From: Candidatus Marsarchaeota archaeon
Lineage (GTDB): Archaea; Micrarchaeota; Micrarchaeia; Micrarchaeales; CABMGC01
Reading direction: 5' to 3'
Length of the DNA: 64,000 bases
NCBI GenBank assembly: GCA_023379055.1
Contig: JAMCSX010000017.1
Location: 35,868-99,867, forward strand
Shown here: in pieces, positions 28,404 to 38,300 of the stretch
How positions within the stretch are numbered: position 1 is the first letter of the stretch
Layout of the letters: every line of letters starts with the position of its first letter
The notes under the pieces: generated by a model
What the model saw: only the letters and a program-made list of their open reading frames with translations
Told to the model about the DNA's origin: nothing
Databases searched by the model: none
Translations under genes and position numbers: made by a program

Positions 28404-29117
28404 ATGGGAGTATTATTCATTGACGGAGCCCCGGCATTGATGATCGAGAAAGAGAGGCTTATTGTGGTTGGTGATCTTCACATAGGCGTCGAGGAGAAAT
28501 TTGCAGATTCGGGAATATCATTCCCTAATGCGGCAGCGGCAATGGGCAGAGAGCTAAGGTCCATAGTTGAGAAGAACAACGCATCCGGGGTAGCCATTCT
28601 AGGAGATATAAAGCACAGGATAACAAACCTTACAAGGGAGGATATGAACTCTTTCAGCAGCTTTTTCCATGCAATGGACGGGATAGGGATAAAAGTGGCA
28701 AGAGGCAACCATGATGCCTACATAGAGGATCTGCTGCGCCGCATAGGATTCGATGCAAGCGTAAGCAAGGAGATACTTACCTCTGATTCTGCACTAATGC
28801 ATGGCAATGCCATGCCTTCTGAAGAGGCGGTGCTTAAGGACTACATAATATGCGGACACGGCCACATAGCTGCGCAGGTCAACGGAGTGGACAGGAAGGC
28901 ATGGCTGGTAGCCAGTGCAGGCGGCGGAATGAAAGAGCATTATGGAAAATACAATAAAAACATAAAGCTGATCGCAGCGCCTGCGTTCAACAGGTTGATA
29001 ACAGGAAGCAGAATAGGGTACGAGACAGGAGAGCATCTGCCGCTGCTCAATAATGGATTATTTGATTTCAGTAACGCAAAGGCGTACGACCTTTACGGGA
29101 ATCTGCTTAAGAGATAG
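28404..29117 (+). CDS. calcineurin-like metallophosphoesterase (ICC/COG1407-like)
   Basis: Carries the motifs VVGDLHIG, GDIKH, GNHD and GHGH. Confidence 0.7.
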   Translation: MGVLFIDGAPALMIEKERLIVVGDLHIGVEEKFADSGISFPNAAAAMGRELRSIVEKNNASGVAILGDIKHRITNLTREDMNSFSSFFHAMDGIGIKVARGNHDAYIEDLLRRIGFDASVSKEILTSDSALMHGNAMPSEEAVLKDYIICGHGHIAAQVNGVDRKAWLVASAGGGMKEHYGKYNKNIKLIAAPAFNRLITGSRIGYETGEHLPLLNNGLFDFSNAKAYDLYGNLLKR

Positions 29118-29153
29118 CAGTATTGCTGAAGGGGAGACTGAAAGGGTAGGGAA

Positions 29154-30590
29154 TCAGATCGGGTTGGGCCTGAACCTCTCCTTGACTTCGTGCATGCGGT
29201 TGTTGACAATGGCCTTCCATTCATCGAAACTGCGCGGATCCTTAGGATAATTATTATAAAGCCCGTTCATCTCCTTCATTACCTTAACGCAGTATATCAG
29301 ATCCTTGAATGCGTTTATATTGGAGAGCCCGCTAAGCACTTTGGTGAATGTGTTTGCAATAGTTATCTCAGGCACGTTGCCATAGCTTATCTGTATGGCC
29401 TCTTCCTTTGTGAGGAACTTTGACATGCCATAGTTTATCAGGCCATTGTTGAGAGACTGCAGATATATCCTGAAGACCTCAAGGCCTGCGGTCTTGTTTC
29501 CATATACTTCATTATATCTTATATTGTACTTCCATAAGAATTCGATGCCTGCGTCATTTGCAGCTACGGCTTCGGCTGCAACCTTTCCAGCTATTGCACC
29601 TGCGGTCATTGCCGGACCTATTCCTCCTGCACTTATTGGATTTGGCATTGCCATGCTGTCGCCAGCGCCCATGTATCCAGGAAATACCAGCGAGTCAAAC
29701 TGCCTGCGGACAGTAACTGACCAGTATCCTTTGCCGTTTGCATCCGTTTCGTCTATCTTTATGTTCTTTACTACAGGATTCCATGCCACGTACTGGTCTA
29801 TAAGCATGTGAAGCGTGTCCTTCTTGTTCATCTTTGCATTCCTTATATCAAGGCTCTTCTTTTCTACGCCGAGCCCTATGTTCACCCTGTTGCCGCTCTT
29901 TGGAAATACCCAGCCATATCCGCCGGGAGCAAGCTGCTGGTTCAGGTGTATAAGCGCATTGCCCTTGTCGTAATAGTTTATGTCGCTGCCATTAGCGTCG
30001 AAGTGGCATATGTATCTGCCGGTTGACTCTATGTCATTAGTGCTTACGGTATTCTCTATGTACTTGTTCTGCGGCAGCTTCCTTCTTATCGTGCTTGCAA
30101 TTCCCAGCGTATCTATTACTATCTTTGATCTGTACTTTACCTGTGCGCCTTTCTCATCCCTGCCATATACGCCCACAACCTTGCCGTCCTCGATTATTGG
30201 ACCTTCAACCTCGTGATGGGGCATATAATCCGCTCCGCTGTTTTTTGCGAAGTCTATGAGCACGCGTGCAAGCTTTGGCCTGTCAAGGCTGTATCCTGCG
30301 CCCTCAAACTGGAATTTTCTTGTAAGATCCGGACTTAGGACCTGCACGCCTTCTACAGAAATGTCCAGCACTGGCTCGGTAAGCCTTAGGCCTATCTCCT
30401 TATGAATGAAATCAATGTGGGTCTTTGCCACTGCGTCTCCGCACACCCACCCCCAGTTTGTCTTTTTTCCGACTTGTGAGTAGTCATTCCTGTCAAGGAC
30501 CAGTACCTTTGCACCGCCCTTTGCAGCGCCTGCAGCTGCAAGAGACCCGGATATTCCTGCACCAGCAATGATAACATCATAATCTGACAT
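29154..30590 (-). CDS. geranylgeranyl reductase family flavoprotein
   Basis: N-terminal FAD fold YDVIIAGAGISGSLAA and overall GGR-like sequence. At 478 aa it is about 80 aa longer than typical. Confidence 0.8.
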   Translation of the reverse strand: MSDYDVIIAGAGISGSLAAAGAAKGGAKVLVLDRNDYSQVGKKTNWGWVCGDAVAKTHIDFIHKEIGLRLTEPVLDISVEGVQVLSPDLTRKFQFEGAGYSLDRPKLARVLIDFAKNSGADYMPHHEVEGPIIEDGKVVGVYGRDEKGAQVKYRSKIVIDTLGIASTIRRKLPQNKYIENTVSTNDIESTGRYICHFDANGSDINYYDKGNALIHLNQQLAPGGYGWVFPKSGNRVNIGLGVEKKSLDIRNAKMNKKDTLHMLIDQYVAWNPVVKNIKIDETDANGKGYWSVTVRRQFDSLVFPGYMGAGDSMAMPNPISAGGIGPAMTAGAIAGKVAAEAVAANDAGIEFLWKYNIRYNEVYGNKTAGLEVFRIYLQSLNNGLINYGMSKFLTKEEAIQISYGNVPEITIANTFTKVLSGLSNINAFKDLIYCVKVMKEMNGLYNNYPKDPRSFDEWKAIVNNRMHEVKERFRPNPI

Positions 30591-30600
30591 ACCGATGACC

Positions 30601-30777
30601 TTAGCTGTGATTTCTTACTACAACTATTGGTATTGCCTCCTCCTTAAACTCCAGATCAGCAAGCGCAAGAGGGTCAGTGACTCCCTGCGGCACTTTTATA
30701 AGTGGCGGTGCGCCGTATGCCAGCTGAAGCGCCCTGGCACCGATTATGGTTGCCTTTTCGAATTTTGTGTATTCCAT
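30601..30777 (-). CDS. rpoK: DNA-directed RNA polymerase subunit K (Rpo6)
   Basis: MEYTKFEKATIIGARALQLAYGAPPLI matches RpoK. The start is moved to this Met (ORF-track start 30819). Confidence 0.8.
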   Translation of the reverse strand: MEYTKFEKATIIGARALQLAYGAPPLIKVPQGVTDPLALADLEFKEEAIPIVVVRNHS

Positions 30778-31059
30778 CTGCTCCCCAGCACTAAGTATGA
30801 TGTGTAAATAACCAAGCATGATTATTAGTATAATAAGTCTTTTATAGCTATGGGATTAGACGAAAATTTGGGCTCTCCGGTTTCAGGTGTATGAAGGAAT
30901 TGGTAGAGTAGGCCATGTTGCCGAGCCGCTTCACTTTCATGACCTTTCCCATATTAGCATTGAGATCCCTCCATGAAAATCCCCTGCTACGAAGAGGTTA
31001 TGTATCGCCGAAGGTGCTTTTATGGTTTGAGGTAGCCATGCGGCGCTTGAACTGATTAT

Positions 31060-31689
31060 TTATTTCTTCTTGATTGGTTTTTGAAGTAAAATATAGAACC
31101 GTCTGCTTTTAAAGTAAAATCTTATTGTTTTATAATCTCCGAATAGATTCTTAAGTTCTGTCTTTGTAAAGTAATGGTAATAATCCCCGCGACTACCATG
31201 CCTGTATGTTCCGTCTTCCCTTGTTTTAATCTGACCGTAAACTCTTTTTCTTTGCCATGTAAAGTGCTGATCACTTTCAATATAAAAATATCCCCCGGTT
31301 TTCGTTATCCTATCAATTTCTTTTACATACTTTTCAATATCGGCCATTTTTGCCTGATACAGAGCCCGAACAGCGATTACCGCGTCAAAAAAGCCGTCTT
31401 TATATGGCAACTTGCCCTTAAGCATTGATAATTTGAATTTTACTTTGGTTTTAGCACGCACCTGTTTCGTCAGTGCCATTTGTATTGCTATTTCAGATCT
31501 GTCGAAACCATAAATTTTGAACCCCTTTTTTGCTAAGAATATGGAGTTTCTACCTGCGCCACAATAAAAGTCAAGAATCCGTTTTACACCTTTTTCCTTG
31601 AAAAAAGTGCTTAAATTATTCATGCTTTTCGATGGATGTTGTTGCCCGACACCTGAACCTTTATAATAACGTTCGTAACCATCTTTCAA
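31060..31689 (-). CDS. class I SAM-dependent methyltransferase
   Basis: Carries motif I ILDFYCGAGRNS and post-I GFDRS. The gene is markedly AT-rich: 26% GC by hand count over 31081-31180. Confidence 0.8.
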   Translation of the reverse strand: MKDGYERYYKGSGVGQQHPSKSMNNLSTFFKEKGVKRILDFYCGAGRNSIFLAKKGFKIYGFDRSEIAIQMALTKQVRAKTKVKFKLSMLKGKLPYKDGFFDAVIAVRALYQAKMADIEKYVKEIDRITKTGGYFYIESDQHFTWQRKRVYGQIKTREDGTYRHGSRGDYYHYFTKTELKNLFGDYKTIRFYFKSRRFYILLQKPIKKK

Positions 31690-31729
31690 TCATACACCTA
31701 TTGTGTTTCCTATCTTATACCTTTATACT

Positions 31730-32110
31730 TTATCCTTTATTAGCCATACGGCGTTTGAGTGCGTCTATTTTTTTATTTATTTCTTTGGCAGACCCCTCTT
31801 TGTCCTCTACTTCCACTATCAGATAAGTGTAAGGCTCGTTCTTGAATTCTATCGTCAGGCATTTGTTAATGTCGCGCATTGCAAAAAACGCCTTCTTACC
31901 ACGGAGCAGGTATCTTCCCTCCTTGATTATGCCTGGCACGCCAGTGCCCCCGTATCTGATGCCTTCCAGCCATTTCCTGCTTTCTGTTGTTATCGAAACA
32001 ACATTCTGCAATGAGAACCGGAGTTCCTTCATTTTAAGCGCTGCTATCTTCTCCCAACCCAGAAATTCCACAACAAGCGCATCTCCATCAATGCTTATCT
32101 TGTGCACCAC
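31730..32110 (-). CDS. hypothetical protein, possibly bacterial-PH-like fold
   Basis: 126 aa ORF in the same AT-rich patch. The beta-rich pattern followed by a C-terminal helix is reminiscent of bPH domains. This is a weak call. Confidence 0.5.
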   Translation of the reverse strand: MVHKISIDGDALVVEFLGWEKIAALKMKELRFSLQNVVSITTESRKWLEGIRYGGTGVPGIIKEGRYLLRGKKAFFAMRDINKCLTIEFKNEPYTYLIVEVEDKEGSAKEINKKIDALKRRMANKG

Positions 32111-32587
32111 TTAATTCATCCCGATTACTTATTTGGTATTTGTAATAAACCTTTATATAGAGGCTATCAAGGAGCGCTGCGGCATTTGAGCTCTGCGTGC
32201 ACACCCGCGCCCTAAAGTGCCGTGCAGGTGCGTTATCTAAAGTGTGGTTTAGGTTGCTGTAACTGTTTTATGAAAAACCAAGTGGGATAATAACGTATGT
32301 CCAAACGCCTGCTGCTATAACATAAAGTGTGAGGATAGCATATAATACAAAAAGGATAACTGCTGTCCAACTCGACTTTCTTAAAAGCATGAAGAATATG
32401 CTAGATAAAAGGGATGCTATAACTAGGAAAATAATAACGTGTAATTGTTGGTAAAAGTATAAAAATATTCCCTGTAAATCCTGTTTTTTGTCTGTTCTAG
32501 CCCTAGCCCCTTAAGCATGCCCGAAAAAGCCGTTCCCGGAGGACGTCCTGCATGTTTTGCCAGCCTTCAAGCCCCCTTTTTCTAGAT

Positions 32588-32640
32588 AAAACCTCTTTTT
32601 GCCACTGAGCAGGGCGAAGATGGTGTAAAAAGAGGGTTTT
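32588..32640. repeat. inverted repeat aaaacctcttttt / aaaaagagggtttt with a 26-nt spacer
   Basis: Read directly from the sequence. It is a 13/14-nt imperfect inverted repeat inside a 614-bp non-coding gap. Confidence 0.8.
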
Positions 32641-32724
32641 GCGGAGGTGGGCCGACCCGTGCCTGCTTGGAAGTGGGTTTTATCATAACAAGCCCATTAT
32701 TCTGCGAGAATAGTCTATAGCGCG

Positions 32725-33453
32725 TCACCGTATGTTCTTGTAGTTGGATCTTGACTTCTTCAGGAAGTTGTACATCAGCATGTTTATGAAGTAGTATATG
32801 AAATAGCCGCTTATTCCCCAGGCAGCAACCCTCCGGGTACTTGACTTGACGATGGCCCCGTTGGAATAGACTATTCTGCCCTTGCCGTTCAGCTTCTTTG
32901 ACAGATCCCAGTCCTCATAAGTCAGGAATTTATCATTAAATCCGTTTACCTTTCTAAAAGTATCGGCATTGACTGCAAAATTAGAACCCATTATGGCAGG
33001 ATGCCTTAGGAATATGGAAAGCTTGACAAAAAATACGGAGATAATCTTGTATCCGATGCGTATTCTTAACGGGGATTTTTCTAATGGAAGTATCGGACCG
33101 GTAGCAGCAGCAACACCAACATCCGAGAATATGGAATGATAGTTATCAAGCAGTCTGGGGGACGGCCTAGTATCTGCATCTATGAACACCAGTATCTTAC
33201 CTTTTGCTATGCTTGCGCCTTTATTTCTACCGCTGCCTGGGCCATGGCCATTATCTATCAGTATATGCGCGTACTTTTTGGCTATGCGCACAGTATCGTC
33301 GGCGCTTCCCCCATCAACAACTATGGTTTCAAAATTCTTGAAGGTCTGCTTCTGGAGCCCTAGCAGTGGCTGTATTATGTACTTTTCCTCGTTAAGTGTT
33401 GGAATTATCACACTTATTTCGGGATTATTCACTTTGTCAGCGTATCGGTTCAT
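32725..33453 (-). CDS. family 2 glycosyltransferase (Dpm1-like)
   Basis: Contains EISVIIPTLNEE, ETIVVDGGSADDT and FIDADT. The start is moved to MNRYADK (33453; ORF-track start 33504). Confidence 0.8.
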   Translation of the reverse strand: MNRYADKVNNPEISVIIPTLNEEKYIIQPLLGLQKQTFKNFETIVVDGGSADDTVRIAKKYAHILIDNGHGPGSGRNKGASIAKGKILVFIDADTRPSPRLLDNYHSIFSDVGVAAATGPILPLEKSPLRIRIGYKIISVFFVKLSIFLRHPAIMGSNFAVNADTFRKVNGFNDKFLTYEDWDLSKKLNGKGRIVYSNGAIVKSSTRRVAAWGISGYFIYYFINMLMYNFLKKSRSNYKNIR

Positions 33454-34147
33454 AGTTCTCCTTGGATTTGTGGAATAGATTATACCTAAGCACATTGCCG
33501 GCATTGAACAGTATGTATCTTATTAAGCCCCATTTAACTATTCTTCTGGCGCTTGTTTCAACACGCGCGGTATCTACATATTTAACTGAACCGCACGCCT
33601 TCAGTCTTGCAACAAGATCTAAATCTTCGTATGTTACTAGTGATTCGTCGAACCCCCCCATCTTATTGAAAGCGGATCTCCTTACCGCGAGGTTTGAGCC
33701 GCTTATTGCAGGCATGCCCATAAGGAAGGATAATTTTGCAAGTACTACGGACGCGAACCAGTATCCGAATCTTATGAACATTGTTGTCTTTTCAAGTGGA
33801 AGAAGTGGGCCAGAGGCGGCAACTATTGACTTGTCTTCGAAAAGTCTGCTGTAGATCTTCAAAAGCCCCGGAGAAGCCCGCGTGTCGGCATTGGTAAAGA
33901 ACAGTATCTTTCCTTTGGCAGCCCTTGCACCGGTATTTCTTGCAACACCTATATGCGGCCTGTTTTCTAGTATAATCCTGCCGTGTTTCCTCGCAATGTC
34001 CCTGGTCCTGTCGGTGCTGTTGCCGTCGACAACTATGATTTCAAAATTCCTGAACGTCTGGTCGGACAGGCCTTTAAAGACGTTTTTGATGTACCCTTCC
34101 TCGTTCAGTGAAGGTATTATTACGCTTATCTCGGGTTTACTTGGCAT
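33437..34147 (-). CDS. family 2 glycosyltransferase (Dpm1-like), tandem paralog
   Basis: Contains EISVIIPSLNEE, EIIVVDGNSTDRT and FTNADT. It is clearly paralogous to the downstream GT2. Confidence 0.8.
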   Translation of the reverse strand: MPSKPEISVIIPSLNEEGYIKNVFKGLSDQTFRNFEIIVVDGNSTDRTRDIARKHGRIILENRPHIGVARNTGARAAKGKILFFTNADTRASPGLLKIYSRLFEDKSIVAASGPLLPLEKTTMFIRFGYWFASVVLAKLSFLMGMPAISGSNLAVRRSAFNKMGGFDESLVTYEDLDLVARLKACGSVKYVDTARVETSARRIVKWGLIRYILFNAGNVLRYNLFHKSKENYEPIR

Positions 34148-34610
34148 TTTGTTCGATCTCTTTCATTGATTTGAATGCAAACTTCAATACATGCCTTACA
34201 TTCTGGAAGGTCTTTATTTTTTGTATCTCTGACGCGCCGATCCACCTTAACTCCGTAGACTCACCCTTTCCAGGCCTTCCACTGACACCTGAAGGCCTTG
34301 CAAGATATACTATATCAAAGTGTTTATGACTGCCTGCAGCATACGGGACATTCTCACAGATGGTGAGAAGGGGTTGCACAGGTTCCAATGCATCCTTTTC
34401 GTCCAGTGGAGGCAGTACCCGTCTGCCGATAAGTGAAACGCCCATTCCTGTTTCTTCCTTTGCCTCGCGTATTGCCGCTTCTGTAGGCATTTCGCCTTCT
34501 TCTATGTGGCCGCCGGGATATAGCCATACGCCCAGTTTTTTGTGTTTGAGTAGCAATATCTTGCCCTTATTTACTATTACGCAACCTGCAACAATGCATG
34601 TCTTTTCCAT
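34137..34610 (-). CDS. Nudix hydrolase
   Basis: The Nudix box GGHIEEGEMPTEAAIREAKEETGM fits G-x5-E-x7-REUxEExGU. The start is moved to MEKTCIVAG (34610). Confidence 0.8.
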   Translation of the reverse strand: MEKTCIVAGCVIVNKGKILLLKHKKLGVWLYPGGHIEEGEMPTEAAIREAKEETGMGVSLIGRRVLPPLDEKDALEPVQPLLTICENVPYAAGSHKHFDIVYLARPSGVSGRPGKGESTELRWIGASEIQKIKTFQNVRHVLKFAFKSMKEIEQNAK

Positions 34611-34623
34611 CAGGTCACCCGGG

Positions 34624-35256
34624 CTATGCGTATGCCTCGTGAAGCTCTGCAGCACCCCTTACCAAGATGTATAGTACGAGTATTGCTACCAACACATATC
34701 CTATGACCATAGGATATCCCCAGATATATGCAAATGCGAGATATGAGAAGGTAAGAAACTTTACTACATTTATTCCTCCCCTCCACAGGTTTGAAGAGTA
34801 TATGACCTGCGCAAACCTTGTTTTCATCTTTGATGACGTACCCTTTGCAGCCATCACAGCATCCACAAAGGAGTGCCTTATTATTACTATGAATATTACG
34901 AAGACAGGTATCACTGCAAGATAGGTATATGTGGCCCAGAGGATGTATTCAGCTGCCCTGTCCCCGGCAACATCTATTCTAGGGCCGAATCTTGATGACC
35001 CGTTAGTCTTACCCTTGAATCTTGCAACTTCTGCACGCGATGCTTTATTGCCCATTAGCGCGGAGGCATATATGCCCAGACTTATTCTGCCCTTGCTGGA
35101 TTCTCTTATTGCAAGGTAGCCATCGAATGCGTCCAGCGAAATCGCTGCTGCAATTATAACAGTGATTATTATGGGACTTGACTTGAGTAGTATAAGATAT
35201 GCAACCACAACTATTAACAGAACACGGAATACTGTTGCTGCGTCTGCTGACCTCAT
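34624..35256 (-). CDS. CDP-alcohol phosphatidyltransferase family protein (non-canonical motif spacing)
   Basis: Polytopic protein. It contains DAFDGYLAIR ...(about 31 extra aa)... SSRFGPRIDVAGDR, where the canonical motif is D-x2-DG-x2-AR-x8-G-x3-D-x3-D. The start is moved to MRSADAAT (35256). Confidence 0.7.
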   Translation of the reverse strand: MRSADAATVFRVLLIVVVAYLILLKSSPIIITVIIAAAISLDAFDGYLAIRESSKGRISLGIYASALMGNKASRAEVARFKGKTNGSSRFGPRIDVAGDRAAEYILWATYTYLAVIPVFVIFIVIIRHSFVDAVMAAKGTSSKMKTRFAQVIYSSNLWRGGINVVKFLTFSYLAFAYIWGYPMVIGYVLVAILVLYILVRGAAELHEAYA

Positions 35257-35335
35257 TTTATTACCTATAAAGGTTTTACAGCAAAAAGATTTAAAGAATG
35301 GGATGCAATAGGATATCCTGGCCTCGGTGAGGTTT

Positions 35336-38300
35336 ATGATAGATCTTAACAAGAACGAAGAGCACATACTGTCATACTGGAAGGAGCACGAGATACTTGA
35401 AAAAACACGGTCTAAGAACAGGGGCAGGAAATCGTTCTATTTCCTAGACGGGCCCCCGTTCGTGAGCGGGGACCTTCATCCAGGGCAGATGTGGGTGAAG
35501 TCCATGAAGGATGTAATCCTAAGATACCGGAGGTTCAGGGGATACGACGTTTATGACAGGGCGGGCTACGACGTACACGGACTGCCGATAGAGAAGCGGG
35601 CCGAGGCAAAGCTTGGTGTAACCTCAAAGAAGGACATAGAGGCCAAAATAGGCGTAGAGAACTTCGTAAGGACATGTAAGGATTATGTCGAATCGTATAT
35701 AGGAAGGATGGATAATGATTATAGAAGGTTTGCAATGTCTATGGACTTCTCAAATCCGTATATCCCTTCCAGGACACCATATATGGAGATAGAGTGGGGC
35801 TATCTGAAGAGCATATATGAGAAGGGGCTGCTATATGAGGATAGAAGATCGACAACATTCTGCACCAGTTGCGGTACTTCGGTGTCGCAGGGAAGCATGG
35901 AGGTTGAATATAAAGAGGATACGGATCCATCCATATTCGTTGCATTCGAAGTGAATGCAAGGCTTTCAAAACCAAGGATAGAGATAGGCAACGAACTCAG
36001 TCTGCTTGTATGGACAACTACTCCGTGGACTCTTCCATCAAACCTTGCCGTGGCAGTGAACCCGAAGGAGCGGTATGTGATAGCAAGGATCGGGACGAAG
36101 AGATATGTACTTATTAAGAACAGGCTTGATGCGGTTGCCACCCTGCTGAACGAGAGCGCCATTGTGGAAAGCGAGTTTTACGGAAGCGAACTTGAGGGGA
36201 TATATTACATTAATCCGCTTGAGCTACAGGTGCCGAAGCAGAAGGAGTTCAGAAGGTATCACAAAGTGGTAATGGCCGAAGGGCTCGTCTCTGCAGAGGA
36301 GGGAAGCGGAATAGTGCATATAGCACCGGGACATGGCCTGGAGGACTATCTTGTCGGAAAGAAGAACAAGCTGCCTATATTCTCGCCTGTTGACGTGCAG
36401 GGCACGTACACGGAAGATGCAGGCACATACCTCGGCTTGAAGGTTCCACAAGATGCAAACAGGCGAGTTATAGATGATTTAAAGTCATCTGGTTCACTCG
36501 TACATAGGGGAGATGTCACACACAGTTATCCACACTGCTGGAGATGCGACACCAAGCTGATATTCATTGCAACTGACCAGTGGTTCGTGAACATACAGAG
36601 AGTGAAAAAGAAGCTGATAAGAGAGAATGGAAAAGTAAATTGGCATCCTGCAGACGCAGCAAAATGGCAGGAGGCGGTGCTTCAGAGTTCCCCGGACTGG
36701 GCAATATCAAGGCAGAGGTATTGGGGAACACCCATGCCCATATGGAGATGCCAGTCATGCAAAGAGATAAAGGTCATCGGTTCTATCTCGGAGTTAAGGG
36801 AGAATGCAACTAACATAACCTATGTTGACTCGCTCACCGACATACATAGGCCGCACATAGACAACGTAGTACTCAGGTGTGGCAAATGCAACAGCGAGAT
36901 GCACAGGATAGCAGATGTGCTTGATGTATGGTTTGATTCAGGCATAGCATACAGGGCAAGCCTGACTGAGGAGCAGTTCAGGCTTCTCTTCCCCATGGAT
37001 TTCATACTCGAGGCAATAGAGCAGTTGCGTGGATGGTTCTCCTATCAGCTTAAGACAAGCGTGATAGTGCATGGAAAGAGGCCGTTCAAGAACGTGGTCA
37101 TGCACGGGATGATGCTTGGAAGTGACGGTAGGGAGATGCACAAGAAGATAGGCAATTATGTGCCGCTGCACGAAATGCTTAGCAGCGGAGTGACTGCTGA
37201 TTCGTTCAGGCTATGGTGTACTTCACATACCCCGCAGCTTGATCTCATATTCAGCATGGACAAGATAAACGAAGCAAACAGGGCGATTATACTTGTCTAT
37301 AATGTAGCAAATCTTGCAAGCGAATATTCTGACGCGATAGGGTACAAGCCTAAAAAGATACACAAGCCAAGGGAAATAAGCCGACTTTATCCTGAGGATG
37401 CGTGGATATTGTCCAGGCTTCACAACACAATAAGGCAGGTAACGGAGAGTCTTGATCGATATGAGATATACAAGGCGGCAAATGCAATAAGATCGTTCTT
37501 TATAATGGATCTGAGCAGGTTCTACCTCAAGATAGCAAAAAGAAGGATACTTTATTCTCCGAAAGCCAGCGCAAAGTCCACCGTAGACCTGATAAACTAC
37601 CTTCTGTACAACTCGCTTCTGCTTATAGCTCCAATAACCCCGTTTGTTGTGGAGAAGGTGTACCTCGACAGCTTCGGGTTTGAGGAAAGCATATTCCTGG
37701 AATCGTGGCCAAGGTATGATGAAAAATTTGTGAACAGCAATATGGAATCGCAATTCGATATAGCACTTGATGCAACCACGGCGCTTCTCAACAGCAGGGA
37801 GAAGGCGAATGCAAAGTTAAGATGGCCACTTGCAAATGCAACAGTTGAGGTGCACAGCGACGAGGCATTCAACGCAGTACAGAGACTTTCAGGCATAATA
37901 GAAGGATACACGAACGTGAAGAGACTATTGGTAAAGAAGGTCGGCAGGTCAAATGTGGAGATACGTCCGCTGTATGCGAAGATAGGTCCGAGGTTCAAGG
38001 AGAATGCAGGCGTGGTGGCAAGCGCCCTTAAAGACGCGGATTCAAACGTTCTCATGGAATCGATAGAAAAGTCCGGTGAGTATACATTGCATACTGAAAA
38101 GGGGCCAGTTGAGATCACCCAGGAGTATTTTGAGGCTGTGCAGAGGCTTGAGAGGACGGACGCAGTGGCATTCAGGCACGGCATGGCATACGTGGACAAG
38201 GAGATAAGCAGGGAGCTTTACGAGGAGGCGATGGTTAGGGAATTTGAGAGGAGTGTGCAGCTAGCTAGGAAGGAGATGGGACTGAAGAAGGCGGACAGGA

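Noticed and set aside
30820-31059. A 240-bp gap after rpoK, checked for a tRNA, small RNA or gene.
   Set aside because: There is no cloverleaf. Only start-poor fragments are present, for example the minus-strand ..RGFSWRDLNANMGKVMKVKRLGNMAYSTNSFIHLKPESPNFRLIP. I cannot assign a family, so it is kept only as part of the AT-rich-patch finding.
33437-33504. An apparent 68-nt overlap between the two GT2 genes.
   Set aside because: It is an artefact of the longest-ORF start. Using the internal Met (MNRYADK, 33453) reduces the overlap to 17 nt.
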